A stretch of 64,000 bases of DNA from Eubacteriales bacterium (GCA_045576815.1 JAZNHD010000051.1:995-64994); one strand, 5' to 3'. Shown: positions 29,026 to 38,995, numbered from the stretch's first letter. Numbers and translations: made by a program. The notes: generated by a model from the letters alone, not told the origin.

Positions 29026-30669
29026 ATGAGTACTTCTAGACTTGACGGTAAAATGTTAAAGCAAATGCTTATCGGCGGTGCCGAGAGTATTCGCTCTAAT
29101 ATGGCTGAAATTAACGACCTTAACGTTTTCCCTGTGCCCGACGGCGATACGGGAACAAATATGACAAAAACCATCGAAGGCGGTCTCTCGGAGATAGTAT
29201 CGGGCGATTCCGACAGCGCCTCGACTGTTATTTCTAAGTTTGCTCACGGTATGCTTCTCGGTGCGAGAGGCAACTCCGGTGTTATTCTGTCACAGATTTT
29301 CGCCGGAATAAAGGCGGGGCTTGATAAATATGACACGGTTGGCGCTGTAGAGCTTGCCGAGGCGTATAGGAGCGGTATAGAGAAGTCCTACTCTGCGGTC
29401 AATAACCCCACGGAGGGTACTATTCTCACGGTTTTCCGTGAGAGTGTTGAGTATGCGGCAAAGAACATAAATTCCGAGTCCTCACTCGACGATTTTTACA
29501 GGCTTCATATAGAAGAAGCAAAGCGCTCGCTAGAGCGTACGAAGGAGCTGTTACCGGTGCTTGCGGAGGCAGATGTGGTTGACTCGGGCGGAGCCGGATA
29601 TCTTGCGATAGCGCTCGGTATGTACGCGTCGCTCTCGGGCAAGGTAAAGGCGGACTCCTATAAGTTTGACTCCCAGTCTGCGAGCCTATCTGTAAATCTT
29701 GACGATTTCACACGCGATTCAGTGCTTGAGTTTGGATATTGCACCGAGTTTTTGCTCCGTCTTATGAGCGCCAAGGTCGACCCCGACGCGTTTTCTGTTG
29801 ACGAGGTTACAGATGTGCTTGAGTCGCTTGGCGGAGAGAGCGTTGTTGCCTACAAGGAGGGCGATATAGTAAAGGTGCACGTTCACACCCATACCCCCGG
29901 CGATATTCTTTCTGCCTGCCAGCGCTTTGGAGAATTTCTTACCGTGAAAATAGAAAATATGTCGCTCGGTCACAGCGAGGCTGCCCCGAAAAAGAAAAAG
30001 CCGAAGAAGCTCTCGGTGCTTGCGGTTGCATCGGGAGAGGGAATTTCCGGTCTCTTTACAGATATGGGCGCTGATGGTATAATTTCGGGCGGACAGACTC
30101 AGAACCCCTCGGCAGAGGAGTTTATTGAAGCGTTTAAGAGCCACGAGGCCGAGAACATTATAGTTTTACCTAACAACAAAAACGTCATTCTTACAGCAAA
30201 GCAGGCGGCAGAGCTTTACGACTCGTCAAGGATTCATATAATCCCCACTGCAACTCTTATGGAGGGCTATGCGGCGCTGTCGGTTCTAACCCCCGGTGTA
30301 ACTGACGTGAATTCGCTATGCGACAGTCTTACCCGTGCGGCAAAGAACGTGGCGGGCGGCGAGGTCACGCGCGCGGTGCGCGACGCTACGGTGTCTGGCG
30401 TAGAGGTGAAATGCAGTCAGTACTTTGCGATAGTGGACGGCAAAATTCTTGCCGTGTCAGACGACAGGGAAGAGACCCTTCTCGGTATGCTTGCGGCCAT
30501 TGAGGATATTGATGAGCGAGAGATAATTTCTCTTTTCGTAGGACGAGAGGTTGACGACGACACCCGCGCGGATATAACCGAGCGCATTGAGGAGCTCTAT
30601 CCCGATTTTGAAGTTATCGTTTATAAGGGCGGACAAGAGGTTTACGACTACCTCGTTGCCGTTGAATGA
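29026..30669 (+). CDS. fakA: DAK2 domain fatty acid kinase catalytic subunit
   Basis: LNVFPVPDGDTGTNM, GARGNSGVILSQ, GGQTQNPS. Confidence 0.9.
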   Translation: MSTSRLDGKMLKQMLIGGAESIRSNMAEINDLNVFPVPDGDTGTNMTKTIEGGLSEIVSGDSDSASTVISKFAHGMLLGARGNSGVILSQIFAGIKAGLDKYDTVGAVELAEAYRSGIEKSYSAVNNPTEGTILTVFRESVEYAAKNINSESSLDDFYRLHIEEAKRSLERTKELLPVLAEADVVDSGGAGYLAIALGMYASLSGKVKADSYKFDSQSASLSVNLDDFTRDSVLEFGYCTEFLLRLMSAKVDPDAFSVDEVTDVLESLGGESVVAYKEGDIVKVHVHTHTPGDILSACQRFGEFLTVKIENMSLGHSEAAPKKKKPKKLSVLAVASGEGISGLFTDMGADGIISGGQTQNPSAEEFIEAFKSHEAENIIVLPNNKNVILTAKQAAELYDSSRIHIIPTATLMEGYAALSVLTPGVTDVNSLCDSLTRAAKNVAGGEVTRAVRDATVSGVEVKCSQYFAIVDGKILAVSDDREETLLGMLAAIEDIDEREIISLFVGREVDDDTRADITERIEELYPDFEVIVYKGGQEVYDYLVAVE

Positions 30670-30683
30670 TTTGGAGGTGTCCT

Positions 30684-31649
30684 ATGTATAAGATAGCTAT
30701 TGATACAATGGGCAGTGACAGAGGCCCTGAGATGATTGTGGCGGGCGCAAAGCTCGCGCTTGAGAGGCACGCGGAGCTCGAGGTGTGCCTTGTCGGCGAT
30801 TGCGATTTCCTTGCCGCCGAGTGTGAAAAGCAGGCGCTTCCCGCGGGGCGTGTTGAAATTTTACACGCATCCGACGTAATAACGAACTACGACAGTCCTG
30901 CGGCAGCGATTTTCGGGAAGCCTGACTCGTCGCTCGTTGTGGCGCTTAAGGCTGTTTCGGAGAGAGAGGACCTCGTAGGCCTTATAAACGCGGGCTCGAC
31001 GGGCGCACTCCTTGCCGGAGCCGTAAGATTTCTTTCTACTCCCGAGAGGACAAGACCTGCTCTTGCGGCAGTGCTTCCTGCGGCGGACGGCAGCTTTACC
31101 TGCCTTGTAGATACGGGTGCTACCATCGACTGTACCGCAAGTCAGCTCATTCATTTTGCAAGACTCGGACGCGACTTTATGAAAAGACTTTACAGTCTTG
31201 AAAATCCAAGAATAGGACTTTTATCAAACGGAGCGGAGGATACGAAGGGCAATGCTCTTGTTAAAGAAACCCACGCGCTTCTCCGCGCGGCAGAGGATAT
31301 TAACTTTGTCGGCAACATCGAGGGTACGGGTGCGCTTTCCGGCTCGTGTGACGTGCTTGTATGCGACGGCTTTGCCGGAAATCAGGTGCTTAAGGTGTCC
31401 GAGGGCATAGCAAAGAGAATTATTACCGATATCGTTAAGTATGCAAGGAAGACCGGAAGAGAGGATTATATGCAGCTTGTCGGGCACCTTATGGCGCTTT
31501 ACGACTTTAACTCGCTTGGCGGCGGCATCATTCTCGGTACGAAGAAAACGGTTATAAAGGCACACGGTGCGGCAAACGAGGCTTCGATTATGAATACCGC
31601 GGGTATGCTTCTCAATCTTGCAAAAAACAGGCAAGTTTTTGAAACTTAA
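30684..31649 (+). CDS. plsX: Phosphate acyltransferase
   Basis: IAIDTMGSD, AGSTGA, RPALA, GNIEG, DGFAGN, KAHG. Confidence 0.88.
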   Translation: MYKIAIDTMGSDRGPEMIVAGAKLALERHAELEVCLVGDCDFLAAECEKQALPAGRVEILHASDVITNYDSPAAAIFGKPDSSLVVALKAVSEREDLVGLINAGSTGALLAGAVRFLSTPERTRPALAAVLPAADGSFTCLVDTGATIDCTASQLIHFARLGRDFMKRLYSLENPRIGLLSNGAEDTKGNALVKETHALLRAAEDINFVGNIEGTGALSGSCDVLVCDGFAGNQVLKVSEGIAKRIITDIVKYARKTGREDYMQLVGHLMALYDFNSLGGGIILGTKKTVIKAHGAANEASIMNTAGMLLNLAKNRQVFET

Positions 31650-31682
31650 GTTTACATATTTACACAAAAAGGAGAGTAAAAG

Positions 31683-32579
31683 ATGAAAACCAAAGTTATG
31701 TGCACCTCTACGGGTTGTATTGAATATGCTCCTGAAAGATACAGAGAGCTCGGAATTGATATTATAAGAGTTCACGTTCACTTTGCAGGAAAGGAGTATC
31801 TTGAGGGCTTTGACCTTGACCCTGTTGATTTTTACAATCAGCTCGAGGCTCTTAAAAATCCTAAGGACAATCTTCCCTACACGAGTATGCCTACTCATCA
31901 GGAAATTTGTGAGCATTTTGAAGGCGCTATTGCCGAGGGCTACGACGAGGTTATTGTTTTTGCTATAAGCTCCGGACTTGGCGGTACATATAATGAGATT
32001 CGTCTTGTTGCAAAGGACTTTGAGGACAGAATAAGGATACACGTTGTTGACACCAGAATAACCAGCTTCGGCGAGGGCTTCCTTGCTATCCGCGCGGCAG
32101 AGATGGTGCGTGATGGTGTGCCCACCGAGACTATACTTAAAGAGGTTGCCTGGATGATGGAACGTCAGGAGTTTATGGGCGTTGATGGCAAGCTCGACTA
32201 CCTAATTTACAATGGCAGACTTAAGGGCGGTAAGGCGTTTCTCGGTCAAATGTTCAATATTTGCCCCGTTGTTCACTTCAATCGCGCTGGAGAGTGCGTT
32301 GCTCTCGAGAGCGTCAGAACACAGAAGAAGGCGCTTATGCGCACTTGCGAGATAATCAAGGAAAGGATAGGAGACAGAGCCCCCGAGGATTATAAGCTCT
32401 GGCACGTTTACACAGGTCCCTCGCTCATTGCTACTCTTAAAGAAATAGAGAAGAAGTATGGCATCGAGACTAATCACGAGGATGTAATTATGTCTCCCGT
32501 CAGCGGTGCACATAACGGACCGTGGCTTGCAGGCTACGGACTTGCATTCCTTCGCCGCGACGACGAGCCTCTTGAGTAA
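31683..32579 (+). CDS. fakB: DegV family fatty acid-binding protein
   Basis: PYTSMP, ISSGLGGTY, YLIYNGRL, GAHNGP. Confidence 0.85.
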   Translation: MKTKVMCTSTGCIEYAPERYRELGIDIIRVHVHFAGKEYLEGFDLDPVDFYNQLEALKNPKDNLPYTSMPTHQEICEHFEGAIAEGYDEVIVFAISSGLGGTYNEIRLVAKDFEDRIRIHVVDTRITSFGEGFLAIRAAEMVRDGVPTETILKEVAWMMERQEFMGVDGKLDYLIYNGRLKGGKAFLGQMFNICPVVHFNRAGECVALESVRTQKKALMRTCEIIKERIGDRAPEDYKLWHVYTGPSLIATLKEIEKKYGIETNHEDVIMSPVSGAHNGPWLAGYGLAFLRRDDEPLE

Positions 32580-32592
32580 GGGCGGTATAGCT

Positions 32593-33714
32593 ATGGTAAA
32601 TATAAAAGAGGTTAAGGCAAAAAGAGATATAAAGGAGTTTATAGAGTTTCCTCTTCGCCTTTACCGCGGCTGTGAGTTTTTCGTGCCGCCGCTTTATGCA
32701 GACGAGAAGAGACTCATAGAGAATAACCCGAACGCTGATATTGCAGATAGCGTATATTACCTTGCTGAGCGTGACGGAGAGACTGTCGGACGTATACAGG
32801 GAATAATTCAGCATCAGTATAATGAGAAGAATTCTGCTCGCCGCGTGAGATTTACGCGCTTTGATTCGATAAACGACACCGAGGTGTCGGGAGCTCTTTT
32901 TGCTGCCGTCGAAGCATGGGGCAAGGCGCATGGCATGGATACCATATGCGGCCCTCTTGGCTACAGCGACCTTGACAGAGAGGGGCTTCTTGTGGAGGGC
33001 TTCTCGGAGAACTCCACCTTTGAGGAGCAGTATAACTACGAGTATTACGGCGCACTCTGCGAGGCAGCAGGACTTACGAAAGAGGTAGACTGGCTTGAGT
33101 TTGAGCTTCGCGCTCCGGAGAAGAGAAACGAGATGCTAAAGAGGGTTGCCGAGCGTGCGCTTGAGTTAAATAAGCTCCACGTGGTAAATACAGACGGTAT
33201 CTCGAAAAAGGACTACATAAATAAGTATAAGGACGGTATTTTCGACTGCATTGACGAGTGCTACAGCAAGCTCTACGGTACAGCCCCTATCTCACCCAAA
33301 ATGCGCGAGGAGCTTATCGACCAGTTTATGCTTATCGTAAATAAGGAATTTCTTTTCCTTATCTGCGACGAGAACGAGAGGGTTGTTGCGTTCGGTCTTT
33401 GCTTCCCCGGCATAGGAGACGCTCTCAAGCGCTCGGGCGGCAGACTTACTCTCCCCGCGCTCATAAAGCTGCTCAGCCTTGTGAAAAAGCCTAAGGTTAT
33501 TGACCTGGGGCTTGTCGCGGTGCTCCCCGAGTATCAGAACTCGGGCGTCAATGCCGCAATAGTGAACGGACTTGTTGAAATGCTGCTTTCGGGCAGGGCA
33601 GAGGCGTGCGAGACTAACCTCAATCTTGAAACCAACACTGCGGTTATCGCACAGTGGAAGCATTTTACCAAAAGACAGCATAAGCGCCGCCGCGCGTACG
33701 TTAAGAATATATAA
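32593..33714 (+). CDS. YghO-like GNAT acyltransferase, similar to bacterial ceramide synthase
   Basis: FIEFPLRLY, VGRI, GPLGYSDLDREGLLVEGF, YNYEYY, AVLPEYQNSGVNA, HKRRRAY. Confidence 0.72.
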   Translation: MVNIKEVKAKRDIKEFIEFPLRLYRGCEFFVPPLYADEKRLIENNPNADIADSVYYLAERDGETVGRIQGIIQHQYNEKNSARRVRFTRFDSINDTEVSGALFAAVEAWGKAHGMDTICGPLGYSDLDREGLLVEGFSENSTFEEQYNYEYYGALCEAAGLTKEVDWLEFELRAPEKRNEMLKRVAERALELNKLHVVNTDGISKKDYINKYKDGIFDCIDECYSKLYGTAPISPKMREELIDQFMLIVNKEFLFLICDENERVVAFGLCFPGIGDALKRSGGRLTLPALIKLLSLVKKPKVIDLGLVAVLPEYQNSGVNAAIVNGLVEMLLSGRAEACETNLNLETNTAVIAQWKHFTKRQHKRRRAYVKNI

Positions 33715-33728
33715 GGAAGGAAACCGAT

Positions 33729-33947
33729 ATGTTAGAAAGACTTAAGGAAATTCTTGCGAAGGTCACACCCGACACCGATATGTCTGCCGTTACAGAGGAG
33801 TCAAGACTTGTCGAGGACCTTGGCTTTGACTCGCTTGCCATTATGATGATGGCGATGGAGATTGAGGACGCGTTTAACTTTAAATTTACTGAGATGGTGC
33901 GCTTTGTCACCGTCGGCGACGTTTGCCGCTATCTCGAGAGTCGTTAA
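33729..33947 (+). CDS. Acyl carrier protein
   Basis: DLGFDSL phosphopantetheine site. Confidence 0.9.
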   Translation: MLERLKEILAKVTPDTDMSAVTEESRLVEDLGFDSLAIMMMAMEIEDAFNFKFTEMVRFVTVGDVCRYLESR

Positions 33948-33948
33948 A

Positions 33949-34638
33949 ATGCTGTTAAAAGGACTTCAGAAGCTGACGCTTCTCGACTTTCCGGGCAGAC
34001 TCGCAGCTACCGTGTTCGTCGGCGGCTGCAATTTCCGTTGCCCGTTTTGCCACAACGCATCACTCGTTTTGCCAGAGAAATTTGGGCCGACCTTGCCCGA
34101 GGAGGAGTTCTTTTCCTTTCTTGAGTCGCGCAAAGGAAAAATTACCGGTGTGTGCGTTAGCGGCGGTGAGCCTACGCTCCACGCTGAGCTGCCCGCGTTT
34201 TTAAAAAGAATAAAGGATATGGCTCTTGCGGTAAAGCTCGACACCAACGGCTATCGCCCGGACGTGCTCCTCTCGCTCATTGACAGAGGACTTGTCGATT
34301 ACGTGGCGATGGATATAAAGAACTCACCCGACAGGTACGGTGAGACTGTCGGTATAGAAAACTTTGACGTGTCTCCTATCAAAAAAAGCGTCGAAATTCT
34401 CCTTTCCGGTCGGGTGGAGTACGAGTTCCGCACCACTGTGATGCGTGAGCTTCACACCGAGAGGGATATTATCGAGATGGGCAAGCTGTGCGAGGGAGCG
34501 AAAAAATATTTCCTTCAGAGCTTCAAGGACTCGGGCGACCTCATCGGAGAGGGCTTTACGGCTTATTCCGAGGCAGAAATGAATGCCCTACAAAAAAGCC
34601 TTGCCGAGTTTGTTCCTTTTGCACAAACAAGGGGTTAA
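33949..34638 (+). CDS. nrdG: Anaerobic ribonucleotide reductase activating enzyme
   Basis: GCNFRCPFCHN, GGEPTL, KLDTNG; adjacent to nrdD. Confidence 0.9.
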   Translation: MLLKGLQKLTLLDFPGRLAATVFVGGCNFRCPFCHNASLVLPEKFGPTLPEEEFFSFLESRKGKITGVCVSGGEPTLHAELPAFLKRIKDMALAVKLDTNGYRPDVLLSLIDRGLVDYVAMDIKNSPDRYGETVGIENFDVSPIKKSVEILLSGRVEYEFRTTVMRELHTERDIIEMGKLCEGAKKYFLQSFKDSGDLIGEGFTAYSEAEMNALQKSLAEFVPFAQTRG

Positions 34639-34674
34639 AGGCAAAAAATTCCAAAAAGCCGAAACTCATTGAAA

Positions 34675-34759
34675 ACACTATATCTTGTGGCGAATTTTGT
34701 AAAAATCTACAATATTTTGCGTTTCTCCTGTTGACAAACCGATTTATTTGTGATATGAT
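34675..34759 (+). promoter_or_regulatory. Tandem NrdR boxes and nrdD promoter
   Basis: ACACTATATCTTGTGG (34675) and CTACAATATTTTGCGT (34707) 32 bp apart; TTGACA-N17-TATGAT. Confidence 0.8.
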
Positions 34760-34836
34760 AATAACGCACACTCTTCGTGCTACTTGCGTTTTTTAACATA
34801 TCAAAATAAAGAATTTGAAGACAGGAGAAGCTTTTT

Positions 34837-37224
34837 ATGTACACAGTCGTTAAAAGAGACGGTAAGATTGTAGACTTTAATCTTACCAAGATTTCAGAAG
34901 CTATCACCATGGCGTTTGATGCGCAGGAAAGAAACTATAATCAGGACATTATTGATTTCCTCGCTCTTAAGGTTACTGCCGATTTTGAGCCAAAAATCAA
35001 AAACCAGCATATAGCAGTTGAGGATATTCAGGACAGCGTTGAGTCGGTTCTCGTTCAGGCAGGATATGCAGACGTTGCAAAGGCGTATATCCTTTACCGC
35101 CGTCAGAGAGAGAAGCTCCGTAACGTTAAGTCCACCGTGCTTGACTATAAGTCCATCGTTGACAGCTACGTTAAGGTTACCGACTGGCGCGTTAAGGAGA
35201 ACTCCACCGTTACCTACTCGGTAGGCGGTCTTATCCTTAATAATTCGGGCGCTATCACCGCTAACTATTGGCTCTCCGAGGTTTACGATGACGAGATTGC
35301 TAACGCGCACAGAAATGCCGATATACATATTCACGTCCTCTCGATGCTTACGGGCTACTGCGCAGGCTGGTCCTTGAAGCAGCTTATCCAAGAGGGACTT
35401 GGCGGAGTTACCGGCAAGATTACCTCTGCCCCCGCAAAGCACCTTGCAACCCTTTGCAACCAGATGGTCAACTTCCTTGGTATTATGCAGAACGAGTGGG
35501 CAGGCGCGCAGGCATTTTCCTCTTTCGATACCTACCTTGCCCCCTTTGTAAAGGTTGATAACCTTTCCTACGATGCTGTAAAGAAGTGCATAGAGTCCTT
35601 TGTTTACGGTGTTAATACTCCGTCCCGTTGGGGTACGCAGGCGCCCTTCTCGAACATCACTCTTGACTGGGTAGTTCCGAATGACCTGGCAGAGCTCCCC
35701 GCTATCGTTGGCGGCAAGGAGATGGACTTCAAGTATAAGGACTGCAAGCGCGAGATGGATATGATTAACCGCGCCTTCATTGAGACGATGATTGAGGGCG
35801 ATGCTAACGGCCGCGGCTTCCAGTATCCTATCCCCACCTACTCGATAACCAGCGACTTTGACTGGTCGGAGACCGAGAACAACAAGCTCCTTTTCGAGAT
35901 GACCGCAAAGTACGGTACTCCCTATTTCTCGAACTACATCAACAGCGATATGGCTCCTAGCGACGTGCGCTCTATGTGCTGCCGTCTCCGTCTTGACCTG
36001 CGCGAGCTCAGAAAGAAGTCGGGAGGCTTCTTCGGCAGCGGTGAGAGCACCGGTTCTGTCGGCGTTGTTACCATCAATATGCCGAGAATTGCATATCTCG
36101 CAACCGACAAAGAGGACTTCTACAAGCGCCTTGATCGCATGATGGACATCTCCGCACGCAGCCTTAAGGTTAAGAGAACGGTTATAACTAAGCTTCTTGA
36201 AGAGGGACTTTACCCCTACACAAAGCGTTATCTCGGTACATTTGCAAACCACTTCTCGACCATCGGTCTTATCGGTATGAACGAGGTTGGCCTTAATGCG
36301 AAGTGGCTCGGTAAGGATATGACTCATAAGGAGACTCAGGAGTTCACCAAAGAGGTTCTCAACCATATGAGAGAGCGCCTTTCCGATTATCAGGAGGCGT
36401 ACGGCGACCTTTACAACCTCGAGGCAACCCCCGCAGAGTCTACCACCTACCGTCTTGCAAAGCACGATATGCGCCGTTATCCCGACATCATCACCGCGGC
36501 TGACACGGCAAAGGGCGAGACTCCTTATTACACCAATTCCTCTCACCTTCCCGTTGGCTATACCGACGATATCTTTGCGGCTCTCGACATTCAGGACGAG
36601 CTTCAGACTCTCTACACCTCGGGTACTGTATTCCACGCATTCCTCGGTGAGAAGCTGCCCTCTTGGAAGTCGGCTGCAACACTTATCCGTACGATAGCAG
36701 AAAACTATAGACTTCCTTACTACACTCTTTCTCCCACCTATTCGGTATGTAAGAACCACGGATATCTTTCCGGTGAGGTTTATACCTGCCCGCACTGTGG
36801 CGAGAAGACCGAGGTTTACAGCCGCATCACCGGCTACTACCGCCCCGTTCAGAACTGGAACGACGGTAAAACTCAGGAGTATAAGGACAGAGTGGTCTAT
36901 ATTCCCGAGAAGTTTGGCTCAAAGTCGCCTATCGGTAACAAGATTGCCGATGAGGATAAGGCAGAAATGACCGCATCGGGCGAGGACAGAGTTCTTCTTT
37001 TCACCACCGCAAATTGCCCTAAGTGCAGAATGGCAAAGGCGTTCCTTGATAAAGCAGGTATTTCTTACGAGGTGCTGCTCGCTGAGGAGAGCGTCGAGCT
37101 CGTTAACCTCTACGGCATTAAGGAGGCTCCTACGCTTATTGTTATTTCGGGTGGTGTAGCGGAGAAGATTGCGAACCCCTCTAACATCAAGGCCTTCTGT
37201 GAGAAGGTTGGAACTATCGCGTAA
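34837..37224 (+). CDS. nrdD: Class III ribonucleotide reductase with N-terminal ATP cone and C-terminal glutaredoxin-like domain
   Basis: VVKRDG cone, SMCCRL, YSRITGYY glycyl radical loop, C-terminal CPKC. Confidence 0.93.
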   Translation: MYTVVKRDGKIVDFNLTKISEAITMAFDAQERNYNQDIIDFLALKVTADFEPKIKNQHIAVEDIQDSVESVLVQAGYADVAKAYILYRRQREKLRNVKSTVLDYKSIVDSYVKVTDWRVKENSTVTYSVGGLILNNSGAITANYWLSEVYDDEIANAHRNADIHIHVLSMLTGYCAGWSLKQLIQEGLGGVTGKITSAPAKHLATLCNQMVNFLGIMQNEWAGAQAFSSFDTYLAPFVKVDNLSYDAVKKCIESFVYGVNTPSRWGTQAPFSNITLDWVVPNDLAELPAIVGGKEMDFKYKDCKREMDMINRAFIETMIEGDANGRGFQYPIPTYSITSDFDWSETENNKLLFEMTAKYGTPYFSNYINSDMAPSDVRSMCCRLRLDLRELRKKSGGFFGSGESTGSVGVVTINMPRIAYLATDKEDFYKRLDRMMDISARSLKVKRTVITKLLEEGLYPYTKRYLGTFANHFSTIGLIGMNEVGLNAKWLGKDMTHKETQEFTKEVLNHMRERLSDYQEAYGDLYNLEATPAESTTYRLAKHDMRRYPDIITAADTAKGETPYYTNSSHLPVGYTDDIFAALDIQDELQTLYTSGTVFHAFLGEKLPSWKSAATLIRTIAENYRLPYYTLSPTYSVCKNHGYLSGEVYTCPHCGEKTEVYSRITGYYRPVQNWNDGKTQEYKDRVVYIPEKFGSKSPIGNKIADEDKAEMTASGEDRVLLFTTANCPKCRMAKAFLDKAGISYEVLLAEESVELVNLYGIKEAPTLIVISGGVAEKIANPSNIKAFCEKVGTIA

Positions 37225-37299
37225 ATCAAGACCAAAACAAAAGTATTCGGCAGCCTGTGGGCTGCCGAATACAAATATATAGCAATGGGAGCGAAACAT

Positions 37300-38220
37300 A
37301 TGTACGATATAATTGTTATAGGCGCAGGCCCTGCAGGGCTTACCGCCGCAATATACGCGCGCCGCGCTGAAAAGAGTGTACTGGTTATAGAGAAGGATAC
37401 CTTTGGCGGTCAGATTACTCACTCGCCGCGAGTGGAAAACTATCCCGGCTTTCTTGCGATGAGCGGCGTGGAGTTTGCCGACAAGCTCATAGAGCAGGCA
37501 ATGGAGCAGGGGGCTGAAATCGAGCTTGATACCGTCACCGGTATAAAAGGTGAGGCGGGTAATTACACCGTCAGATGTGAGGGTGGCGAGTTCATCGGCA
37601 AGACGGTTATAATAGCCACCGGCTCAAAGCACAGAACACTTGGCATTGAAGGTGAATTTCGTTACACGGGTGAGGGTGTTTCCTACTGTGCAGTCTGCGA
37701 TGGAGCATTCTATCGCGGCAAAACCGTTGCGGTAATCGGTGGCGGCAACTCCGCGCTTCAGGACGCAGTGCTTCTCTCCGAGAGTTGCCCAAAGGTATAT
37801 GTGGTTCAGAACCTCGCGTTCTTAACTGGTGAAAACAGACTTCGTCAGATACTCGCCTCACGCGACAACGTTGAGATAATTTACTCCACCGTCGTCACCG
37901 AGATTCTTGGTGACGGGGAGTTTCGCGGTATAAAAATAAAGAACACCGAAAGCGGCGAGGAGTCCACTCTTGCGGTTGACGGTATGTTCGTCGCGATAGG
38001 TCAAGTACCCGAAAACGAGCCGTTTGCCGACAGGGTTACTCTCAACGACTACGGCTATATTATCGCGGGTGAATCCTGCACGCCCGAGGGCGCTGACGCC
38101 GGTATCTTCACCGCAGGCGACTGCCGCACTAAAGCGGTAAGGCAGATAACCACTGCTACCGCTGACGGCGCTGTTGCAGCGCTTGCGGCCATCAGATTTA
38201 TCGACTCTCTTGGTGCGTAA
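37300..38220 (+). CDS. trxB: Thioredoxin reductase
   Basis: GAGPAGLTA, SYCAVCDG, GGGNSA, AGD. Confidence 0.9.
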   Translation: MYDIIVIGAGPAGLTAAIYARRAEKSVLVIEKDTFGGQITHSPRVENYPGFLAMSGVEFADKLIEQAMEQGAEIELDTVTGIKGEAGNYTVRCEGGEFIGKTVIIATGSKHRTLGIEGEFRYTGEGVSYCAVCDGAFYRGKTVAVIGGGNSALQDAVLLSESCPKVYVVQNLAFLTGENRLRQILASRDNVEIIYSTVVTEILGDGEFRGIKIKNTESGEESTLAVDGMFVAIGQVPENEPFADRVTLNDYGYIIAGESCTPEGADAGIFTAGDCRTKAVRQITTATADGAVAALAAIRFIDSLGA

Positions 38221-38283
38221 TCACACCCCGTGTTAAAAACAAAAGACTCAGGCACCGCCTGAGTCTTTTGTTTCGTTTTAAGA

Positions 38284-38451
38284 TTAACTCTGTGTCCAGC
38301 CGTTAGGGTCGATGTTGGGGCCGTCCTCATCTCCGCCACCGCCCTCTATGCCGGGGTCGTCGGGATAAATCGGGTCGTCGGGCGGCGTGCAGGAAAAGCA
38401 CGCAAACGCGGAAATCGCGAGTATCAGTAAAAGTGCTAAAAGCTTTTTCAT
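38284..38451 (-). CDS. 55-aa small lipopeptide (absent from ORF track)
   Basis: GGAG RBS; MKKLLALLLILAISAFACFSC-TPPDDPIYPDDPGIEGGGGDEDGPNIDPNGWTQS. Confidence 0.72.
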   Translation of the reverse strand: MKKLLALLLILAISAFACFSCTPPDDPIYPDDPGIEGGGGDEDGPNIDPNGWTQS

Positions 38452-38676
38452 AATAATCTCCATTCTGCCGCCGTAGGCGACTGCACAAATTATTGATGAA
38501 TTTTCGGAATCGCGCTATGCGCGACGATTTGGAATAAGGCTCCAAATCGCGGAAATTCCGGCGTGAAATCCGCTATTCATTAAAATAGATGTTACAGCAC
38601 TTTCACGCTAGACATCTTTCCTTAAAGAAAAATATCTCATCAACATTTTAACATAAAGCGCGCGGTAAGTCAAGAG

Positions 38677-38874
38677 TTATTTGTCATTTGTCAAGGACTC
38701 ATCAAGCGCGTCCTCTACCCTGACAAGCACAAGCTCGGGATTTTTTATAAGCACGCCGTCCTTTGTCGCGATAAGCTCAACGGCTTTCCCGAGTCCAAAG
38801 CGCTCTCGCAGCTCCTTTGGAATAACCAGCCGCCCAAGACCGTCTATTTCCTTTACAATTCCTATTTTATCCAT
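38677..38874 (-). CDS. AbrB/MazE/SpoVT family protein (copy 1)
   Basis: GIVKEIDGLGRLVIPKELR. Confidence 0.88.
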   Translation of the reverse strand: MDKIGIVKEIDGLGRLVIPKELRERFGLGKAVELIATKDGVLIKNPELVLVRVEDALDESLTNDK

Positions 38875-38995
38875 AACAGCTCTCCCAAAAGTCCTTATAT
38901 CAATATTATAGTGACTGATGAGTCGCTTTTCAAGAGGGGGTTTGAAAATTGTGATATAATTTTTCAAAATCGCAAGAGATTTGGAGGGAAGCTCG

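Noticed and set aside
35326..35340. HIHVL instead of the usual HIHDL in NrdD
   Set aside because: A single-base difference that cannot be distinguished from sequencing error or tolerated variation
34894..36795. 633-aa antisense ORF, and similar long antisense ORFs over guaB, holA and the ATPase
   Set aside because: Shadow ORFs caused by codon bias of genuine genes on the opposite strand
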